Below are positions 22,307 to 33,145 of a stretch of DNA of 64,000 nt, piece after piece; positions within the stretch are counted from its first letter, which is position 1; each line of letters begins with the position of its first letter. Source of the stretch: Nemertoderma westbladi (Eukaryota > Animalia > Xenacoelomorpha). Location of the stretch: contig JAUCBJ010005855.1 in the NCBI GenBank assembly GCA_032718475.1, forward strand, positions 1-64,000, read 5' to 3'. The notes beneath the pieces were generated by a model. The model made no database searches, was not told where the DNA came from, and worked only from the letters and a program-made list of their open reading frames with translations. Made by a program: the position numbers and the translations under genes.

Positions 22307-25174
22307 GTGGGATGCTCATACTGCGAGCGGAACGGCAGAAACCATAGCGGACATAAACTACGTGGATGTCACGCTTTTAAAGAGTTAGGGATCGAGGAGA
22401 GGAGACTCCAAATCCGATCTCTAGATTCCTGTTGGAGATGTATGAAGCCAGGACACGTCCGGAAGGATTGCACAAGCGACGATACATGTTCTCTGTGTGG
22501 ACGTAACCATGACGCGTTGCTTCACACAACCAGTCATACTCTGACCAGACGCTTTCGACGAGAGCATCCAGATAAAGCGGCTAGATGCGACGCTCTTTAT
22601 AAGGAGCGTGCGCCGCGCGAGATCCGTACCTTTTATACCGACTGTATGGATCAGTCAGGATCATCGGACGAGGACGAGGAGGAAGACAACACTTTCTACG
22701 TGCATGCAGGTGAGGAACAGCCATCGATAACGCTCCTCACACAGAACCAATTGAAAGGGTTTAGCGTGATTCCCATAAAGATTACCGGAACCCGAGGGAG
22801 CAAGCGTATATACGCCATCTTAGACTCTGCGTCATCGCATAGCTATGTCGACGAACAAGTAGCCGACGTAGTTACGGACATGAGTCAAGGTAAGACTGCT
22901 CAGCATACAGTAAGTAGCATGCATGGTAAGAGAGCGATCCCTGTGACAAGAGTAAAACTAACTTTAGACACTCTTCTTTCCAAAGCGGAACACAGCAAGG
23001 AGGAGCGCTCATTACTTCCGGTAAGAAATTTGACCTTTGCAGCTACGAAGGACTTTAGTAACTTGCTCGGCCCTGTGCCAGAGCAATCACCGGAAGATCG
23101 TAAGTGTTTCCGACACCTTGGAATACCGGAATGTCCTGTTAATTATCATTCCATTGCGATGTTAATTGGGACAGACCAGTTTAACTTACATCAGGTATGG
23201 GAGACACGCCCATCTGTTATTACAGCGGGCAACCCCTACGCATGTAGAACTCCCATAGGTTGGTATACTAGAGCACCAATACGTTCACTAGAGGTAAGTG
23301 ACCAGGAGGACGACGTTTTGAGTACGTGTAGTTTATTGACTAACACGATAGATAATTCTCCTTCACACTCCTGTGGTCCAATTGTACGGACGGCACTACG
23401 ACAGACTTGCGTCACTAACGCAGACGCCACCGATACTGACGTAACCGATCTGGACACGACCATACGGACCTCTGACTTACAACTACTTGCAGTAGACCAG
23501 GTTGTATTGACTACTGAAGACCAAAGGGTTGTTGCCGTGGATGACTCGATGAACGAGGATTTTGGAAGGCTTGCGAGCCTACCGAAAAATCCGAAGGTCA
23601 TTGACCCCACCCACCAGGCTTCGACACCGGTCGTTGATCTTGGAAGGCTTGCGAGCCTACCGACAGATCAAAAGGTTGTCAAACCGCCGCACGACGATTC
23701 GACGCCGACTAGTGACACCGGAAGGCTTGCGAGCCTACCAGACACCTTGACACTAGCCACCGCAGCGGACGAAGACGTGGACGAGGACCATGGCGCAGTG
23801 CAAGCAGCGCTTGACCGACTGCTGACTGAACGGACCATACAATGGTTGGAACAGGACTCAGCAGAACCCGGTAGTTACGAGACCGCTATGTCAGAACAGG
23901 AAAAACGGTCATTAAATATTATGAGAGATACCATTCGCCAGACCGCGAATGGCCACTATGAGGTTGGTATGTTGTGGCGCAATGGACAACCTAAGCTCGT
24001 TAACAATTACCCGCTTGCTTTGAGGCGACTCAAATCAATAAGGCAGCGATTGTTGCGAGACGAGATGGCCCATATGCAATACAATGCACAACTTCAGACG
24101 TATCTCCAAAAGGGATACGCCATTACGATGTTAAATCCCGAGGTAACCACAGACCAGACATATTACCTGCCACATCATTTTGTTCGACACCCGGACAAAC
24201 CTGGCAAGGTGCGTGTAGTCAACGACTGCGCCGCGCTTTACCAAGGGATGTCTATGAATAGCGAACTGATGGACGGGCCGAATATGAATAATTACCTCAT
24301 GGGAGTCCTAATGCGTTTTAGACAACGCAAAGTGGCTTTCACCTGTGACGTAGAGGCCATGTTTCACCAGGTTAAGGCTTTGGAGCGGGACAGGGACAGT
24401 TTGAGGTTTCTTTGGTATCCGGACGGAAACTTACAACTTCCGCCAGAAACTTACCAAATGCAGGTAAGAGTATTCGGAGCCAGGGACAGCCCCAACTGCA
24501 CCATGTACGCATTAAAGCAGACAGCATTGGACAGACGAGACCAATTTGACCCAGAAGTAGTTCGGACCGTGGAACGAGACTTCTACGTGGATGACGGCCT
24601 CAAGAGTTGTGACACCTTGGAGCGCGCTACAACCGTAGCACACCAACTCCAGGATTGTCTCGATGAGGGCGGATTTCACCTGACGAAGTTCGCTTCCAAC
24701 GAACCCGAGCTGGTGAACTCATTTGACCCGATGGATCGCAGTGGAGGTGACTTGGACTTAGACCTAGAACCTCTGCCGACGACCAAAGTATTAGGACTTA
24801 GTTGGGACCCTAACACCGACAATTTTAGGGTACGTGTAAGGTCCAACGACCAGACTAGACCTCTCACTAAGAGGACTTGCTTATCGACCATGAGTCGATT
24901 GTATGACCCATTGTGTTTCATTAGTCCAGTGATCCTACATGCTAGGATCATACTCCGCAGCATTTGGCAAGCCGGACTGGAATGGGACGATCCCATCCCA
25001 GAAAAGTTAGCTGAGCGATGGAGGGACTGGGAAGCCCAACTGACGTTCCTACAAGATTATACCATACCGAGGGTATACTTTCCTTTGCAAACCACCTTTC
25101 CTGCCGATTTAGAGCTTCACAGCTTTAGTGACGCTAGCAAGGATGGATTGGGGGTTACTTTATACCTTAGATGA
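22307..25174 (+). CDS. Gag zinc knuckles, aspartic protease, reverse transcriptase and start of RNase H
   Basis: CWRCMKPGHVRKDC, CSLCGRNH; AILDSAS; YYLPHH, FTCDVEAMFHQV, FGARDSP, YVDD; LGLSWD, YDPL, FSDAS; in-frame TGA at 25172. Confidence 0.95.
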   Translation: MGCSYCERNGRNHSGHKLRGCHAFKELGIEERRLQIRSLDSCWRCMKPGHVRKDCTSDDTCSLCGRNHDALLHTTSHTLTRRFRREHPDKAARCDALYKERAPREIRTFYTDCMDQSGSSDEDEEEDNTFYVHAGEEQPSITLLTQNQLKGFSVIPIKITGTRGSKRIYAILDSASSHSYVDEQVADVVTDMSQGKTAQHTVSSMHGKRAIPVTRVKLTLDTLLSKAEHSKEERSLLPVRNLTFAATKDFSNLLGPVPEQSPEDRKCFRHLGIPECPVNYHSIAMLIGTDQFNLHQVWETRPSVITAGNPYACRTPIGWYTRAPIRSLEVSDQEDDVLSTCSLLTNTIDNSPSHSCGPIVRTALRQTCVTNADATDTDVTDLDTTIRTSDLQLLAVDQVVLTTEDQRVVAVDDSMNEDFGRLASLPKNPKVIDPTHQASTPVVDLGRLASLPTDQKVVKPPHDDSTPTSDTGRLASLPDTLTLATAADEDVDEDHGAVQAALDRLLTERTIQWLEQDSAEPGSYETAMSEQEKRSLNIMRDTIRQTANGHYEVGMLWRNGQPKLVNNYPLALRRLKSIRQRLLRDEMAHMQYNAQLQTYLQKGYAITMLNPEVTTDQTYYLPHHFVRHPDKPGKVRVVNDCAALYQGMSMNSELMDGPNMNNYLMGVLMRFRQRKVAFTCDVEAMFHQVKALERDRDSLRFLWYPDGNLQLPPETYQMQVRVFGARDSPNCTMYALKQTALDRRDQFDPEVVRTVERDFYVDDGLKSCDTLERATTVAHQLQDCLDEGGFHLTKFASNEPELVNSFDPMDRSGGDLDLDLEPLPTTKVLGLSWDPNTDNFRVRVRSNDQTRPLTKRTCLSTMSRLYDPLCFISPVILHARIILRSIWQAGLEWDDPIPEKLAERWRDWEAQLTFLQDYTIPRVYFPLQTTFPADLELHSFSDASKDGLGVTLYLR

Positions 25175-25177
25175 CAA

Positions 25178-28015
25178 GTGACATTGGACAGCTACGATGT
25201 ATCTCTCGTTACTTCAAGGGCTAGAACGATGCCATTGAAGTATATGACTGTACCTCGTGGGGAGCTGCAAGCCGGGACGATATCCACCGATATTGTCAGT
25301 CTAGTTCAACGCGAGCTGGAGGCTAACTTGAAGGTCACATATTGGACGGATGCGACGTTGGTACTTTGGTACATAAACAACGAAACATTTGAGTTCAAGA
25401 CTTTCGTAGCCAACAGACGGGCTGAAATATTAGACCGGTCGCTCAAACAAGATTGGCGTCACTGTCCAGGGAAGCTGAACCCAGCTGACATCGCGTCAAG
25501 GGGGATGCAACCGCTTGACTTTTGTAAACCGGACAATAAATCCTTTTGGTTTAGAGGACCCGATTTCCTACAGCGACCATCAGACGAATGGCCACCGTTA
25601 TTCGACGCGACAACCAACACCATACCAGAGGGTGCCGAGATAAAACTCGACAAGGTTGTCAAGTCTAAAGCGAAAGCCAACGCCAAGGTCAAGAGGAAAA
25701 AAGGACGGACGAAATCTGATGACCTGGACGCCAGACCTTACATTACGCCAGACGTCTCGCCAGACACTCGACCAGACGCTTGTACGAATCCTTCGCCGGA
25801 TGTTCCGCGGGAGATTTCACCAGACGTTTCGCCGGATTGTTCACCAGATTACTCGCCAGACTATTCACCAGAAGAGACACCAGATTGTTCTCCGGATTGT
25901 TCGCCAGATTGTTTGATGGAACTCTCGACAGAATGTCTACCGGACGTCTCACCAGACTTTCCACCAGACATCTCGACAGACTGTCCACCAGACTTTAGAC
26001 CAGACTTTGAACCAGACTTTCTGACAGAAGTTACGCTAGACAGACTTTGGGACCGACGACAGGACATTTTGCCGGATGTTCCGTGCTATGTCTCACCAGA
26101 CGTCTCACCAGACTGTTCACCAGACGCTTCACCAGACTGTCTACTAGACACTCCATTAGAAGACCCATTGGAGCGGACTTTTAGAGACTTACCAAATTTG
26201 ACTTCTTTGGACGACAAAGGTGTGGCCACAGGGATTACACTCCGCTCGAAGAAGGTACTTGACTTACCTACAGGTAAACGTGTGACTAAGGTTAGGAAGC
26301 TTACAGGCTCACAGGAACACACTGACACTGTAGAGTTGAAACCATTACTGCCAGTCGACACATTAGGTGCGGACGGTAAAGGAAAGACCGTAGAGATTGA
26401 CGTACTTGGGGACTCAGACAAACCTACCGGAAGGCCCGTGGGCCTACCAAGTCCAGACAAGTATCCACACTACGACTACACCTTACCCGATGACGTCACC
26501 AACACTTACGTTGACAGGATAGTGAACCTAACTAGATCATGGACTGACGTGTGCCGCAAGTTAGCATGGCTCAAACGATTGAGACAATATGCCAGAGGCA
26601 AACGCGACTTTCCTAGAAGACTTACCTTAAAGGAAATTGGCCACTGTGAAGTTGATATCATTCGACATTATCAATTGCGATATTTCGCACGAGAGTTCAC
26701 AGCGATCAAACAAGGTAAACAGATTAAGTCTTCACCGATTTTGAGTTGGAGTCCGATTATTTACCGGGGCTTACTTTGTCACAAGTCCAGACTCCAAAAC
26801 ATCGACTTTGCACTTGACTTTAGGTATCCTATCATCATACCGCAACACCATGAGTTACAGCGCGCTATGATACTGGACGCACATGTACAACTCAAACACG
26901 TAGGTAGACACCACTGTCTATCACACTTACGCTCGAGGTTTGTACTGATTAGACCTAGTAAGGCACTGAGTTCGGTAACACGGAACTGTATTATTTGTAA
27001 GAAGGTGCACGCGAGGATAGGACACCAAGAAATGAGTGAACTACCACTAGAAAGATTACAGGCGTTTAGACCCCCTTTCACTGAGACAGGGATAGACTGT
27101 TTTGGACCCATAATCGCGAAACGCGGAAGGGTACAGGTAAAACGTTGGGGATTGATCTTCACTTGCATGGCCAGCAGAGCTGTCCATATAGAACGAGTGA
27201 CAGACTTGACCACCAATGCCTTTATCCTAGCCTTACGGCGATTTATCGCTAGACGTGGATTGGTCAAATCCATATACTGCGACCAAGGGACAAACTTTGT
27301 GGGTGCACGGAACGAAATAACCAGAGCTTTGAGAAAATTGGACCAAAACCAGATTTCCGAGGAACTACGTCCTCACCGTATTGTTTGGTTTTTCAATACT
27401 CCAGACAGTCCGTGGAGAGGCGGCGTTTGGGAAAGGCTGATTGGCTCAATAAAGACAGCTATGGCTAAAGTCGTACCGACGCAACACATCTTGACAGACG
27501 ACCAACTGACGACGTTACTAATAGAAATCGAAGCAATCTTAAATACTAGACCGATCGCTTTGATCCCAGACAATAACGACGTACAGTTTGCCTTGACACC
27601 AGCGCACCTGCTTATGCAGCCGCCGACGACATTGTTGCCCATTTCGGTACCCGTTGATAGTGACGGATACGGCAACAAGGCTTGGAAAATCACTCAATTG
27701 CTTGCAAATAAATTCTGGGAAATATGGCAGAAATATTATTTGCCCTCTATTTCGACCAGAACCTCTTGGTATCTAAATACCCGATGTTTAAGACGTGGTG
27801 ACCATGTTTTATTGGCTGAAGCTAATCTGAAAAGACGGTTTTGGTTGACTGGAGTCATTTTGACCACGCACCCTACATCTGGTGTAGTGAGGACAGTTAC
27901 TGTAAAGACTATCGACGGACGTACCGTAGATAGGCCTGTACAACGTCTCGTACTCCTTGAGGAGACTAGAAACGAGACGGGAGACTACAAATCTCCACCC
28001 AATATTAGTAAATAG
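25178..28015 (+). CDS. Pao RNase H, SPD-repeat linker and integrase
   Basis: TVPRGELQA, YWTDA, NPADIASRG; H..GRHH...CIIC; GIDCFGP, CDQGTNFVG, WRGGVWERL; same frame as the upstream ORF. Confidence 0.95.
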   Translation: MTLDSYDVSLVTSRARTMPLKYMTVPRGELQAGTISTDIVSLVQRELEANLKVTYWTDATLVLWYINNETFEFKTFVANRRAEILDRSLKQDWRHCPGKLNPADIASRGMQPLDFCKPDNKSFWFRGPDFLQRPSDEWPPLFDATTNTIPEGAEIKLDKVVKSKAKANAKVKRKKGRTKSDDLDARPYITPDVSPDTRPDACTNPSPDVPREISPDVSPDCSPDYSPDYSPEETPDCSPDCSPDCLMELSTECLPDVSPDFPPDISTDCPPDFRPDFEPDFLTEVTLDRLWDRRQDILPDVPCYVSPDVSPDCSPDASPDCLLDTPLEDPLERTFRDLPNLTSLDDKGVATGITLRSKKVLDLPTGKRVTKVRKLTGSQEHTDTVELKPLLPVDTLGADGKGKTVEIDVLGDSDKPTGRPVGLPSPDKYPHYDYTLPDDVTNTYVDRIVNLTRSWTDVCRKLAWLKRLRQYARGKRDFPRRLTLKEIGHCEVDIIRHYQLRYFAREFTAIKQGKQIKSSPILSWSPIIYRGLLCHKSRLQNIDFALDFRYPIIIPQHHELQRAMILDAHVQLKHVGRHHCLSHLRSRFVLIRPSKALSSVTRNCIICKKVHARIGHQEMSELPLERLQAFRPPFTETGIDCFGPIIAKRGRVQVKRWGLIFTCMASRAVHIERVTDLTTNAFILALRRFIARRGLVKSIYCDQGTNFVGARNEITRALRKLDQNQISEELRPHRIVWFFNTPDSPWRGGVWERLIGSIKTAMAKVVPTQHILTDDQLTTLLIEIEAILNTRPIALIPDNNDVQFALTPAHLLMQPPTTLLPISVPVDSDGYGNKAWKITQLLANKFWEIWQKYYLPSISTRTSWYLNTRCLRRGDHVLLAEANLKRRFWLTGVILTTHPTSGVVRTVTVKTIDGRTVDRPVQRLVLLEETRNETGDYKSPPNISK

Positions 28016-28752
28016 ATGTGGGACCTTAGTTGGCCGCCACATAGACCTACGGTATTTTAGTTATTTGTATTTGTATTACTGTACGTGCATTTGTAATCCT
28101 CTTCACTGTAGATAGAGACAGCGGTGGAATTCCATTGTCTTTATACGTGAACATGGAGGGTAGTACCCTTATGTATCACATAGGAGCGGGATTGTGTGTA
28201 CAGTAGGAATGGAATTCCACTTGGAACCCACAAGTGAGACAATTTTCAAAAATTATTAGACAAATCCATTTGTTTGGATTTAAATTTAAGAAAAGCGATT
28301 CTCCAGTGAAAGCAAATTCTAGAATACAGCTAGATAAAAATTAAAATTGGGGAGGACAAGAGCGGATGGAAGGCTTGCGAGCCTACCGATAAAATTTTTT
28401 TTGGAAAAAGAAAATCGGCCTTGTTCTACGTAGTCGTGTCTACCATTATTTAGACCAATTAATTCTCAACTGCACTATTTTTCTTGGGAAACGTAGTTTG
28501 GGAAATTAAAAGGTGAGTATTTTAGACTCGCGGCTAGTTTACCCGGAATTCGTTTTTTATCGGCACATTTTTTGGATTAGGAGCCAGTGCGAAATCACGC
28601 GAACCCGAAATCATTAGGCAAAATGGGTTGGGGTTTAGAGCAGAGTTGAGCCAAAAGCCGACAAACTATAAGTCACCTCACATCTAACCTCTATTTTGTG
28701 CTTCATCTAGTAGAAACGTAACGATATGTAACCACATATATATTCGTATACG

Positions 28753-31700
28753 ATGGCGGAGAAGATGTATAAAGAGTTACGTCAAGGGTTTACGCAAGAA
28801 CAAGAGCACCAGCCGCCATTCAATCGTTATGGAGCTAAAAACTTTAGTGTGTTTGGAGTGGAGAGTATGGCTAGGAGTACGGCCAAGCTCGCTAAATCCA
28901 AGGCGGACCCGAATGTTCTGCGACAGCGGTTGGACGCATACAACAAAAGAACAGAGGAATTACGCGCGGAATTCAATGCGTTATATCCTTACGATGCGTT
29001 ATGCGACGCTAGCGACATTTGCGAGGATCCAGACACCGAAATACGCCGATTGTATCATACGCTGCAATATTTGACGGTAAACGAACCCTTACCTGCAGCT
29101 AGAGACGAATTTGAAGGAATGCATCTTTATAGACGCGCTCGAGGAGCGGATCCAGAGACCAAGGACGCGTTCTCCATATACAAACTGTTTTATAAATGTG
29201 GAGCGTGTATGCGCGAGCAAGACAACGCGATTCCTATGCGGTTGAACTCGGAGAACCCCGAGCCGATATTAGCGCGATGTTCACACCACCAAAGTCTACG
29301 TTACCAAGAAGGCGGATACCCTTTGACAAATCCGTATCATTCGTTTAAAATGAGTGGACCGAACGCGGGTGAGATCGTTATTTACGAACCCAAATTAGTC
29401 GAACCAGACGTCTACAGCATGGTAGTGGACAAGTCTAATAAGTCGACACAAGAGAAACGGGAAGCTTTGAGCCTCTACAGGGCGTACAAGGCGTACAAGA
29501 AAGGCGAGATCGAGGAGTTCGGCGGAAGGCTCGCGAGCCTACCATTCTATTGGATATCCCACGATCAAACCGAACCCAAGGAGATGACACCCGAGCTCTT
29601 CGATAGTATCACCTTTGCTCAGCGTTTGTCGCAGAGACTACAGATACCTCATGTCGAGATGACGCGAGAACCTCAGCCCCATTCTACTGGAGCAATAGTA
29701 CCGGTTGCGAGACCAACTAGTTTTCCTATTAGTATACCGACCCGGAAGGAGACAATTTACGAGATCCCTATAGTTGAACACCCGGAGATCATCTCGAACC
29801 TGGATTTCCTCCCATCGGTTACCTTCGGTGATGTGTTAGAATCAACCGAGTTGCGTAAAAATAATAGTTCAAAAAATTGTACGCAACGTGCCTCCACATA
29901 TCACGGACTTTAAGGAAGTGGATCGCGCGGGGACGGATATCGCACCTTGTATCTTGCGAGGATATCTGACGAAAACGATTTGATTATGGATCGGAGTTGG
30001 AACGTTTGAGACCGACACCGATATCGCGACCAATTGGACCGGTAAACCTATTAGTTTCGATGATGAAAAGTCGATCGGGAGAATTTGGAACCCTACCGAC
30101 GATTTACTCGACGATTGGGACGTGACTAGCCGATCTCTGAAAGAGAATGGTTATATGTTTTACGATAATGAAGGAGGAAGCCATCAGCAAAGCCTCACTT
30201 CAAAGACTATACAGATTAGAGCACCAGATGGCGTGTTACATGTCTTCAGCCGACAGAGGAGTGATAGGAAGATGCCTATGCCGGAAGGAACGACGCAAAG
30301 ACACGCGATGATAAAACGGATAGTTAAATCCATGGACCTGGCTTGTAGCATAGAAGCTAGGATGTTGCCAAAGGCCGTGCGAGACGTTGTGTTGGATAAG
30401 AGCATCGTCAAGATCGGATCTGGTGTACGGGATGACCTCATTAGTGACTTTGCAGGGATGCCCACGGAAGAGGACCGATTGCCTACGCCATACGTGGATA
30501 CTAGACCATTGTTGCTTTGGGCTATTGAGCAAGGATATTTTAGGGAGTATAACACGCTAAAAACTGGGACGGGTTATATCTCATATCTAATGTTCAGTTA
30601 GGATTACAAGGAGAGTAAGAGGAACAAATACACGGACGTATACGGAGAGGGAGATACCCCCGGCGTAAACGAGTTCGAGTCACAGTTGAAGTGGCGAGGT
30701 TGCGTGTATTGGGCGATTACTTCACCCCCGCGGATAATCTTGCAATACTATTTAGCGATAGAATCTTCGGTTAACGTTTGTTTCATCGCGGACGTAGTAT
30801 CCAGAACCCTAAAGCGACACCCGTTATGTCTTGGCGAAGGACATACCTTTTACGATGGAGGAAGGACGCATACTGATGTATTCCGACGATTTCTCCAACC
30901 CTTTTATAACACCGATGCGCACTGCGAAGTTTTCACGCGAGCAGGACTTAGCGTTTTCAGGGACGTCTATCTCACTCACGCGGGAAGTCTAGTTGACAGA
31001 CCGTCGATGTTAACGTTAGTACCCTATGACGGGGAATGCCACGTGGAATTCGAACGCCCGGAAGGATCCTGGAAGGCTCGCGAGCCTACCGCCCATCATG
31101 ACGATGTGGATCCGACCGAGTTGACGCTAATAGATGAACCGTTACGGCAACTCATAGAAGTAGAGGAGAACCTTCCGAGGAAGACGCGAACTGAGATACG
31201 CGAGTTGGAGAAAAGCGATGCCATGGTTTGTGTACAACCTACGGAGACGAACATACCGACTGACCCAGATGATGAGAATTATCACGTGGACGGTAGCGCT
31301 CGCCCCATCGGAGATCTCATCTATGAGCGAGTTTGGTATCCTGCCAACACTATTTGTGGCAGATGTGGAGCAACTGGCCATCACGCAAAGAAGTGCGGAG
31401 CGAAGCACATATCTCTACCGGATTTAGTATGCAACTGGTGCGGGGATCAACGTTCGCACACTTTCTACACTTGCTGGCGTTTCGTGGCGCAGTGTACTTA
31501 TTGTAATATTAAGGGCCATAGGGCATCCGAATGTCAACTTAGAGACGTCCCCTATGAGCACATGACAGTTAAAATCGTTCGACAATTATTCGACCATTGG
31601 GAGGATCTAGCAGACGAGCATGTATCGACGCAGCGACGCCGCTTCCCTATGAGAGCACATTTGGGATTTTGGGCCGTAAACCCGCTCATAATGTCAAAGG

Positions 31701-32509
31701 AAGGATATGTATCGGCTATGCCTCAGTACGATGAATTGTTGGAGGTATTGGATATATTGCCATTGGATAGTGGATTCAAAGTTGTGCGGGACTATTTCTT
31801 ACAAGTGCACCCTGACAACAAGAATACTTGGAACTTTCAAACTGTGGTGAACAAGATTACCGCCGGAGAATTCGATAAACTGCGAGTTGAACAGCGGAAT
31901 CGAGGAGCCTGGCATTCGATAGCTTGGGCATACCGGAGCGCATTTTATCACAAACGCGTAACCTCGTGTATTCTAGACGAGACCGACGTTTTGCGTGAGA
32001 CTGGCTTCAAGGCCACGCCATTAGCAGAGAAGACGCGTCACCCACAGGATGATCAGCAATTTCGTATACTCAAAGCCCAGAAGGCCAGACAAGAGATTAA
32101 AAAGATAGTAAATGTCGCCGAGAGGACGACATCGAAGTCGCAAATCTGGATGACTCGGGGCACGGTTTCCCTTGCTAGAGAACCACGCGGAGGGACAGGA
32201 TACGCTTTGAATGAACCCATTAGGATTCAAACGACGTCAGAGAGCGAGGTGTCAACGGACGGAATGGTCCTACCTTTTTGACTTCCTCCTAGCGTTGTAG
32301 AAACTCGATCCGATGTTAAGCCGACAGTTGGAATCGGACGAGGATTTAGAGGATTGAGCGCACGACGGATGTGCGAAACTCCCGTCGTCCCCTTTCCTAG
32401 CGTTTTGGAACCACCGACGACTCGACGCCGAAGTCCGAGCCCAGTTCGACCTCGACCACCCCCCAATCGCACTAGAGGACGTGGACGAGCCCGCTCAGCG
32501 AAGGAATAG
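28753..32509 (+). pseudogene. ORF3 (~1250 aa reconstructed): N-terminal CxxC..CxxH domain, DEDDy 3'-5' exonuclease-like domain, 3 CCHC knuckles, basic tail
   Basis: One +1 frameshift at ~29858 and in-frame stops at 29981, 30599 and 32279. The lesions at ~29858 and 32279 are open in the minus-strand copy; family B has Trp at the 30599 position. Motifs FYDNEG, LPKAVRDVVLDKSIVKIGSGVRDDL..DF, YVDT, QYYLAIE; CGRC..GH....C, CNWC....HT...C, CTYC...GH....C. Confidence 0.8.
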
Positions 32510-33145
32510 GAAGCGAGTGGAAGGAAGGCTTGCGAGCCTACCGATTTGGATATTATATTTGGATATTTATTTTGGATATTTATTTGGATATTATATTTGG
32601 ATATTTATATTGGACATTATGTTTGAATGTTGGGTTTGGAGGAGCGAGATATGGAAAGGAAGGCTTGCGAGCCTACCGTTAGCAATTGGTGCTCAGGAGA
32701 AGATATCCAGACCAGCAGGACGAACTATTTAGATCGTCAGGAGGACATTATTGGAAGTTATTAGCGTATTGTGTTTATTTTATATTTGAACTGATTTAAT
32801 TTGGTGGAAGTTTATTATGTATATTTACAATATATAAAGATTTATCGAAAGAGTTACAATTATTTGTTCGATTTGTTTTGATTTATTTGTTCTGATTTGT
32901 TTAATTTGCTTACCTTGATAACCGAAAGCCTTTTTTGTATTTTAGGCACTAAAGTTGATTAGTAAATTTGTATTTGTATGTACGATCGATTGTATTTACG
33001 CCGTATCTGCAATATTAAGTATGCAATAATTAGATAGTGATTATATTTTATATTTTAGGCCCTACCAGTAGATTTAGAAGTAGTTTGTAAATATTTTATA
33101 TTTCGATTGGTGAAAACAGTCTTACTTACTGTTTTCATGGAGCGG

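Noticed and set aside
22285-22310. Programmed gag-pol readthrough or frameshift
   Set aside because: The paralog at ~60570-60610 is open in one frame, so the stop and 2-bp deletion are best read as decay
28753-32509. ORF3 as env glycoprotein
   Set aside because: No signal peptide, transmembrane helix or fusion-protein pattern seen; nuclease and knuckle motifs instead
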